Assembly (NCBI GenBank): GCA_043814095.1
Contig: JBDRKI010000041.1
Coordinates: forward strand, 1-44,018
DNA length: 44,018 nucleotides
Source of the DNA: Armatimonadota bacterium
GTDB taxonomy: Bacteria > Vulcanimicrobiota > JACPDS01 > JBDRKI01
Direction of reading: 5' to 3'
The notes under the pieces were generated by a model. The model made no database searches. It worked only from the letters and a program-made list of their open reading frames with translations, and was not told where the DNA came from. Of the stretch, positions 38,382-44,018 are shown one piece after another. Numbering within the stretch: the first letter of the stretch is position 1; each line of letters begins with the position of its first letter. The translations under genes and the position numbers were made by a program.

Positions 38382-39557
38382 TCAATATTTGTTAAAGTAA
38401 TTAGCAATACGTTCAAGTGCTTCTTTTAAGACTGGAATGTCGGTATTTCCGAAAGAGATTCTTAGATGTCCCTCTCCAGCTTCACCGAAAGCTGATCCGT
38501 GAATGAGAGCAACTCCTGTTTTATCAAGAATATCAAGCGCTAAATCCAGGGAAGGAACATCTATTTTATATTTAGGAAAGGCGAAAAAGGCGCCTTCAAC
38601 GGGCCTTGTCTCAAAAACTTTAATTTTGGAAAGATATTCATTTGTGATGTTTTTTCTTTCTTCTATAGCTTTAAGGCGCTTGGCAAACCAGCTTTCTTTT
38701 TCTTTAAGGCAAATTAACGCGGCTTTCTGTGCTATATGGGGTGCGCATACAATCATAGCATCCTGAATTTTTATCAGTTCACCGTAAAGACTGGCAGGGG
38801 TTATTATGTAGCCAATCCTCATCCCTGCAAGGCCGGATGTTTTTGAAAGACTGCTTATTACTATGACATTTTCTTCCAGAGTTAATTTCCGTGCGGTAGA
38901 AGGCACATCGGGGGAAAATACAAATTTATCGTATGTTTCATCACTTATAAGGTAGAGATTGTTTTTCTCGATAATCTTATTCAGATCCATTAAATCTGTA
39001 AATTTTATTACAGCTCCTGTGGGGTTATTGGGTGTCACTATTACAACTGCTTTTGTTTTTGGAGTAATTTTTGATTCTATATCTTTAATATCGAGAGAGA
39101 AGCCGTAATTCCTTTCCCTCATGGGCGATATAACGGGCGTGCACCCCGATGCTTTTATTGCGAATTCATGGTCAAAATAATACGGCGAGCAGATTATGAT
39201 TTCATCGCCGGGATCTGATATTACAGCCAGTACTTCCATAAATGCCTGGTTTGCTCCCGCTGTAATTATGATTTCGTCTTCCGGAGACAGCTTTATAAAG
39301 AAATTGTCAAAATATTTAGAAGCTACTGCCTCGCGAAGCTCCATAAGCCCCGGATCGGGAGTATAGCTGTTTATAATCGTTTCACTTAATGATTCTTTTA
39401 ATTCCGGGATAAGTTTGGATGGCAGGGGAAGGTTGCATACAGCCTGTCCTAGATTTATAGCTTTCCGTCCCATATCCCGCATATCCATAACCTTTGTTGT
39501 TATAATATCTATCGGGGGAGCGGTTATGCTTTTAACTCTTTTTGAATAATCGGCCAT
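38382..39557 (-). CDS. PLP-dependent aminotransferase class I/II
   Basis: ITAGANQA, PNNPTG, ISDETY, SLSKTSGLAGMRIGY, GEGHLRISF. Start uncertain: ATG 39557 preferred over 39680. Confidence 0.9.
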   Translation of the reverse strand: MADYSKRVKSITAPPIDIITTKVMDMRDMGRKAINLGQAVCNLPLPSKLIPELKESLSETIINSYTPDPGLMELREAVASKYFDNFFIKLSPEDEIIITAGANQAFMEVLAVISDPGDEIIICSPYYFDHEFAIKASGCTPVISPMRERNYGFSLDIKDIESKITPKTKAVVIVTPNNPTGAVIKFTDLMDLNKIIEKNNLYLISDETYDKFVFSPDVPSTARKLTLEENVIVISSLSKTSGLAGMRIGYIITPASLYGELIKIQDAMIVCAPHIAQKAALICLKEKESWFAKRLKAIEERKNITNEYLSKIKVFETRPVEGAFFAFPKYKIDVPSLDLALDILDKTGVALIHGSAFGEAGEGHLRISFGNTDIPVLKEALERIANYFNKY

Positions 39558-39624
39558 ATTGTTAATATTAGAATTTTCTTTATTTTCTCCTTTTTCTATT
39601 TGTCCGGGCGGAAAGCAAAAAAGA

Positions 39625-39665
39625 GAGAAGGCTGAGACAGGGTCAATCCCCGTTTCAGCCTTCTT
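39625..39665. terminator. Long hairpin downstream of the radical SAM gene
   Basis: GAGAAGGCTGAGACAGGG-tcaat-CCCCGTTTCAGCCTTCTT; on the minus strand it is followed by CTTTTT. Confidence 0.65.
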
Positions 39666-39687
39666 ATCGGTAAGTGTCATATTTTAT

Positions 39688-41115
39688 TTAATTTTTTATT
39701 TTCTCAAGCTCCGCTCTTTTAGAAGCTATGTTCGCGGTGATAAAATCCACTTCGTCAAAAGCTTTTCCGTCTTTTTCCTTAATGGTTGCAAAGAGTTCAA
39801 GCGATTTAAGAACGGATTTGCGGAAATTATCGCATTCTTCCAGAAAATTTTCTTCAGTGATAGTTCCTCTTTTGACATGGGCATAGCATTTGGGACAGAG
39901 TTTTGCCGCCCAGCAGGAAGGACAGTGTTTTTTTGCTATCTCATAATATTTTACAACATAACTCTTTACCTTGTCTTCATTGACCGGATTTGAGTCAATA
40001 TGTCCTATGGGCGCATGTTCGGCACGTTCACAGGCATAACATGTGCCGTCGGCATCGACAAAAATACCGTTTAATCCCGGGTAACAGCAGGCGTTCATAG
40101 GCAGATACCCGTTGTTTCCCATGGGCCTTTTATTGAACTGGGCCATTATAGAAAGATAACAGCCGTTCTGAAAAGACGGATTATCTTTATAATTTTCGGA
40201 ATATTCTTTCCGCAGGTTATCAAAGTCTTTTTTAAGGGTTTCCTCGTTTTTTTCAAGTCCGTATTTTCTGCTGAAAGCGTTGCCCGGGTCGTAGTTGCGT
40301 ATAATATTAAGAGTCTTGCCCTTAAAAAGCGGATGGGTATTGAAAAATTCAACTGTTTCGGGCAGGTTAGTTGCCGGGGTTACGGTAACGTTAAATCCCA
40401 CGCTTTTTTCATAATATTCCGGATATTTTGAACTTATAGTTTCTATTACCGAGATAACATCATTATAGGTTCCTTTTCCTTTTTCGTTAACGCGCACTAT
40501 TTCCTGAACCGGTCCGTCAAAACTTATATTAATAATGAAATTATTGGTCACGACAAAATCCAGAATTTCCTTGTTTTTCAGCAAAACGGAATTGGTCGTT
40601 GCCGAAAAAAGTACTGTTTCGCCCCGCTTATTTAACCGTTCCACAACGTGTTTGATTACGGGGAAATTCATAAAAGGTTCCCCCCCGTAAAAGATAACGG
40701 ACTGGGGCTTGTTTTCCTTTTTACTTACGAAAAAAGCATCTATGATTTTATCGGCTGTTTCTACGGACATTTGTCTGTTTTCATGGGTGCGTTCTTTCCG
40801 GTAATTACCCGAATAGATACAGTATTTGCAGCGCAAGTTGCATGCGTGGGTGACCCCCAGGGTAAGTTTGGTGAATCCCATGTTCATTTTTTCCAGCTCT
40901 TTTTTGAAATCTTCCGGTGCTTCGAGCGGTAGAGGAGTGGTGTCTATTCCAGCTTCCTCGCAGGATTTTTTGATCTTTTCGTCTTTTATGCGGCTTATAT
41001 TACCGTCTGCCTCCCCAAGGCAATTGAAGACATTCTCATCTACATTGAACATTTCGTTTGTGTTTGAATCATACACATACGGGGTATTGCTGAAAGATCT
41101 TAATAAACGCAGCAT
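39688..41115 (-). CDS. Radical SAM/SPASM peptide maturase (CcpM/ranthipeptide-like)
   Basis: N-terminal RRE-like YVYD.NTN, CNLRCKYC.YSG.Y...RTH...MS, FYGGEP, SPASM C.PG...FVD.DG..Y.CE and C..CW..KLC..C; ATG 41115 after AAAGGAG. Confidence 0.85.
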   Translation of the reverse strand: MLRLLRSFSNTPYVYDSNTNEMFNVDENVFNCLGEADGNISRIKDEKIKKSCEEAGIDTTPLPLEAPEDFKKELEKMNMGFTKLTLGVTHACNLRCKYCIYSGNYRKERTHENRQMSVETADKIIDAFFVSKKENKPQSVIFYGGEPFMNFPVIKHVVERLNKRGETVLFSATTNSVLLKNKEILDFVVTNNFIINISFDGPVQEIVRVNEKGKGTYNDVISVIETISSKYPEYYEKSVGFNVTVTPATNLPETVEFFNTHPLFKGKTLNIIRNYDPGNAFSRKYGLEKNEETLKKDFDNLRKEYSENYKDNPSFQNGCYLSIMAQFNKRPMGNNGYLPMNACCYPGLNGIFVDADGTCYACERAEHAPIGHIDSNPVNEDKVKSYVVKYYEIAKKHCPSCWAAKLCPKCYAHVKRGTITEENFLEECDNFRKSVLKSLELFATIKEKDGKAFDEVDFITANIASKRAELEKIKN

Positions 41116-41173
41116 AATATTTTCTCCTTTCTTTTTGATGATTTTTAGGGGGTTCTCTTTCCCCCCCAAGTTT

Positions 41174-41229
41174 ATTATAGAAGCTTTTTATGAAGAAATT
41201 ATGAAGAACCCGCGAAGATTTTTAGAAAA
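41174..41229 (-). promoter_or_regulatory. 11-bp-period TTC-core array plus TATAAT for the radical SAM gene
   Basis: Plus-strand GAAGA at 41192, 41203, 41214 and GAAAA at 41225; minus-strand TATAAT at 41179..41174. Confidence 0.65.
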
Positions 41230-41252
41230 AAATATGCGCAAAATGATGTAAA

Positions 41253-41307
41253 TTTCACATATTTTTCACGAATTTTTCACGAATTTTTCACGAATATGCC
41301 GCATAAT
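41253..41307 (+). promoter_or_regulatory. Four 11-bp direct repeats (TTTCAC core) plus CATAAT for the chitinase
   Basis: TTTCAC at 41253, 41264, 41275 and 41286; CATAAT at 41302. Confidence 0.75.
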
Positions 41308-41394
41308 ACAGGTATAACCGAGACCGACCATAACGGAAGGAGGTGAGGTTCCGGCCGTAGATGATATATTTTTCAAAGAAAGGAGGTGAGATTA

Positions 41395-43581
41395 TTGAGG
41401 AAAAACAGTAGAAAGAAAACTAAAGGCAAGACTCTAAAAGGATATTCATCCGGAATTCGCAATGAAAGAAGCTCTTCAACGGCAAAAGGAATTAAAGAAG
41501 GATGGAAAACAAGGGACTACCACCTTATTAGGCTGCTGATAGCGGTTCCTGTTGTTTTATTGCTGTTCTCCCTTATAGTTTTCAACGCCGGCTGCGGCGG
41601 AGATACTTCATATTTTGACGTTAAATTTTCCGTTGACAGTGACTGGGGCAGCGGTTTTACGGGGAGTATAACCGTGACTAACCTCAGCGAATATCGGCTT
41701 GATAACTGGCAGCTGGAATTTGACTTTGACCGTGAAATTACCAGCATATGGAACAGCTCTATTGTAAGCCATGAAGGGGATCACTACACAATCAAGGGAG
41801 AATCCTGGAATTCCTGGATTGATCCCGGAGGAAGTGTTTCTTTCGGCTTTGTAGGTTCCCCGGGTAATGTTACCACAAACCCGAGCAACTACAATCTCAC
41901 AGCCGATGAACCGGCGTCTCCGGAAGAAGAAGAGGAAGGAGGCGGTTCTTCCCAGATTAGCGCTAAGTATACCACAACAAGCGACTGGGGGAGCGGCTTT
42001 GTGGGTAATGTAGTTCTTAAAAATGACGGCAGCTCAAATGTTTCCGAATGGACAGTAGAGTTTGATTTTGACCGAGAGATAAACTCTATCTGGAATGCCG
42101 TTATAGAATCCCGCAACGGGAATCACTACAGGATCCGCGCAGAGTCGTATAATAAAGCGATTCCGGCAGGGAGTGAAGTTTCCTTTGGATTTACAGGCTC
42201 ACCCGGAAACGTAACTAATAGCCCTGTAAATTATAACTTTATATTAAATGGTGAAGAACAACCTCAACCCACGCCCACGCCAACTCCAACACCAACTCCA
42301 ACACCCACACCTACTCCTACAGTCACACCAACACCTACTCCCAGTCCTACAATTACACCTATAGAACCCGGTCCGCCGAGTACCGGTAATAAGCGCGTTG
42401 TCGGGTATTTTGTAAACTGGGCTATATATGCGCGTGATTACACAGTAGCTGATATCCCGGCAAATAAACTTACCCATATAAACTACGCGTTCTTTGACAT
42501 AGATGCGACAAATAATACATGTAAGTCAATTGATACTTGGGCGGATTTCCAGAAAGTGTTTACAGGTGATCAAGATAAGGGATATCCCGATCAGACATGG
42601 GATCAGTCATCTGCCAACGAAGCCGGTAATATAGGGAGGCTGAAACAAATGAAGGCGCTTTATCCCCATACGCAAGTTCTTATGTCTATAGGGGGCTGGA
42701 CGCTGAGCCGGAATTTCCCGGCTGTTGCAGCTACACAGCAGTCCAGAGAGCAGTTTGCTACATCGGCTTTGCAGATGATGAAACGCTGCGGCTTTGACGG
42801 GATAGACATAGACTGGGAATACCCCGGACCTGCCGACAAGACCAATTGTACACTGTTTATGCAGGAGTTCCGCAGACAGCTGAATCTACAGGGACAGATA
42901 GACGGTAAGCATTACCTGCTCACAATGGCTACTCCTGCTGGACAGGATAAGCTGGTAAATATGGAGCTTGATAAAATAGCCGGATGCGTGGATTTTATGA
43001 ATATCATGACCTATGATTTTCATGGCGGATGGGAGAACAGTACAAATCATGTTTCCCCGCTTTATATGAATCCAAATGATCCGATGAACCCCATAGACCG
43101 TGAAATGTTAAACACCGACTGGGTTGTAAATTACTATATTAACGCGGGTGTGCCCGCCGAGAAGATAGTAATCGGAGTTCCGTTTTACGGACGCGCATGG
43201 GAACAGGTTCCTTCGGTTAGCAACGGCTTATTCCAGTCAGGTCCCAGCCTGCCGGCGACAAATATACCCGGCAACTGGGAGGCCGGCATGATTGATTACT
43301 GGAAGGTAAAGGAACTGCTTACAGATTCTCAGAACTACTCGCTCTTCAGGGATGATTTTGCCAAGGTTCCCTGGGTTTACGGAAAGAACTTAAGCACAGG
43401 AAAGACTGACGGCGGAATGTTTATAACCTTTGAAGACACAGAATCAGTTCAGAATAAAGTAAGGTATATAAAAGCGAACAATCTCAGCGGGATAATGTTC
43501 TGGGAACTCTCGGGAGATATAAGGGATACTCAATCGCCGGATTCACTTCTTAATGCTATTCACAGTGAGTTGAACCGGTAA
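41395..43581 (+). CDS. GH18 chitinase with two N-terminal CBM2 domains and a Pro/Thr linker; possible lipoprotein
   Basis: Two copies of SDWGSGF...W..EFDF...I.SIWN...SFGF.G; GYF.NW.IY, THINYAF, SIGGW, FDGIDIDWEYP, MTYDFHG, MFWELSGD. TTG 41395 follows AGGAGGTG (track start 41386); AGC after the hydrophobic helix. Confidence 0.95.
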   Translation: MRKNSRKKTKGKTLKGYSSGIRNERSSSTAKGIKEGWKTRDYHLIRLLIAVPVVLLLFSLIVFNAGCGGDTSYFDVKFSVDSDWGSGFTGSITVTNLSEYRLDNWQLEFDFDREITSIWNSSIVSHEGDHYTIKGESWNSWIDPGGSVSFGFVGSPGNVTTNPSNYNLTADEPASPEEEEEGGGSSQISAKYTTTSDWGSGFVGNVVLKNDGSSNVSEWTVEFDFDREINSIWNAVIESRNGNHYRIRAESYNKAIPAGSEVSFGFTGSPGNVTNSPVNYNFILNGEEQPQPTPTPTPTPTPTPTPTPTVTPTPTPSPTITPIEPGPPSTGNKRVVGYFVNWAIYARDYTVADIPANKLTHINYAFFDIDATNNTCKSIDTWADFQKVFTGDQDKGYPDQTWDQSSANEAGNIGRLKQMKALYPHTQVLMSIGGWTLSRNFPAVAATQQSREQFATSALQMMKRCGFDGIDIDWEYPGPADKTNCTLFMQEFRRQLNLQGQIDGKHYLLTMATPAGQDKLVNMELDKIAGCVDFMNIMTYDFHGGWENSTNHVSPLYMNPNDPMNPIDREMLNTDWVVNYYINAGVPAEKIVIGVPFYGRAWEQVPSVSNGLFQSGPSLPATNIPGNWEAGMIDYWKVKELLTDSQNYSLFRDDFAKVPWVYGKNLSTGKTDGGMFITFEDTESVQNKVRYIKANNLSGIMFWELSGDIRDTQSPDSLLNAIHSELNR
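42268..42360 (+). repeat. Pro-Thr linker coding repeat
   Basis: (CCN ACN)n encoding PTPTPT between the CBM2 and GH18 domains. Confidence 0.9.
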
Positions 43582-43599
43582 AAGCCGGAAGTGACGTGT

Positions 43600-43639
43600 T
43601 GTGTCCCCTGCGGGAAAAAAGCAGGGGACACATTTTTTT
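43600..43639 (+). terminator. Intrinsic terminator of the chitinase gene
   Basis: TGTGTCCCCTGC-9 nt-GCAGGGGACACA-TTTTTTT. Confidence 0.85.
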
Positions 43640-43691
43640 CACAATTGATTCGTTTCTTTTTCATAAGTTTTTCATACCAGCGCATTATAAT
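43636..43691 (+). promoter_or_regulatory. 11-bp-period TTC-core array plus TATAAT
   Basis: TTCAC 43638, TTCGT 43649, TTCAT 43660, TTCAT 43671; TATAAT 43686. Confidence 0.7.
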
Positions 43692-43773
43692 AAAATTAGA
43701 AAGAAAAAGAGTTCCGCGCGGCGCAAAATAAGCGTTGCCGGCGCGGACAGCCGAAAGAAAGGAGGGATGCGTC

Positions 43774-43878
43774 ATGTTAAGGAGAGTATTTGTAGGCGAA
43801 AGAAAATCCAATTATGTGGATGTTTCAGGGTGCAGTTTTGTTAAGCAGTGCTTAACAAGTACCGTACTGTATATCTCA
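43774..43878 (+). pseudogene. 5' fragment (35 codons) of a gene interrupted by the IS200/IS605 element
   Basis: AAAGGAGG-8 nt-ATG; MLRRVFVGERKSNYVDVSGCSFVKQCLTSTVLYIS runs into the IS end at 43879 and stops at an IS-derived TGA (43891..43893). Confidence 0.6.
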
Positions 43879-44018
43879 TTGACACTCTCCTGAATAAATT
43901 CAAGGAGATTCTCAGGCTACGCTTGCGGCAGTCCGCTGCGTTAGCGCCCGAAGGTTCTGCCCGAACCTAAGAATATTTATTGCGGCATTTAAGTCTCTGT
44001 CTAATTCTATTCCGCAGA
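43879..44018 (-). mobile_element. IS200/IS605-family element, right end (continues beyond the window)
   Basis: Minus strand: tnpB stop, then GAAT-CTCCTTGAATTTATTCAGGAG hairpin-AGTG-TCAA, the guide-tetranucleotide/hairpin/TCAA right-end layout. Confidence 0.88.
43912..44016 (-). CDS. tnpB: TnpB RNA-guided nuclease, C-terminal 34 aa (partial)
   Basis: Manual translation CGIELDRDLNAAINILRFGQNLRALTQRTAASVA*: end of the zinc ribbon plus RuvC-III DRDxNAAxNI. Not in the ORF track. Confidence 0.9.
   Translation of the reverse strand, partial: CGIELDRDLNAAINILRFGQNLRALTQRTAASVA

Noticed and set aside
42268-42360. Pro-Thr repeat as a novel repeat element
   Set aside because: Ordinary glycoside-hydrolase linker with varied third codon positions.
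43767-43844. 25-aa Cys-rich peptide MRHVKESICRRKKIQLCGCFRVQFC as the radical SAM precursor (tail of track ORF 43596..43844)
   Set aside because: Its ATG is only 1 nt from the SD, whereas ATG 43774 in another frame has ideal spacing, and it has no leader/core pattern I recognise. Not fully excluded.

Overview
A 44-kb, AT-rich chromosomal window from a probably anaerobic, probably diderm bacterium (glycyl-radical enzyme, tungsten AOR, LolA-like and beta-barrel proteins). The recognisable genes are hpdBCA (4-hydroxyphenylacetate decarboxylase, p-cresol forming), a GlcNAc-type PTS EIICBA, a MacB/LolCDE-like ABC cluster, argGH, TreT, an iron-sulfur flavoprotein, a CHASE3/PAS histidine kinase, AOR with its ferredoxin, a THUMP methyltransferase, a eukaryote-type hexokinase with a sugar porter, an aminotransferase, a radical SAM/SPASM peptide maturase and a CBM2-CBM2-GH18 chitinase. 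The 3' end of an IS200/IS605 tnpB element, absent from the ORF track, interrupts a gene at the right edge. The strongest unexplained signal is a 301-aa flavodoxin-fold gene (28038..28943) with no alanine at all, whereas its paralog 3 kb away has 21. It has also lost the Fe-S cysteine motif and is transcribed alone behind a ~310-nt structured leader with a boxA-like motif and an Ala-codon run. Other signals: three promoters share a four-repeat, 11-bp-period TTC-core array at an identical distance from the -10 box; there is a Pho-box-like array, a 17-bp tandem array, a Lys-free/Lys-rich pair of twin CARDB domains and an unassigned duplicated ~135-aa domain. All family calls come from motif recognition by eye; no database search was run.
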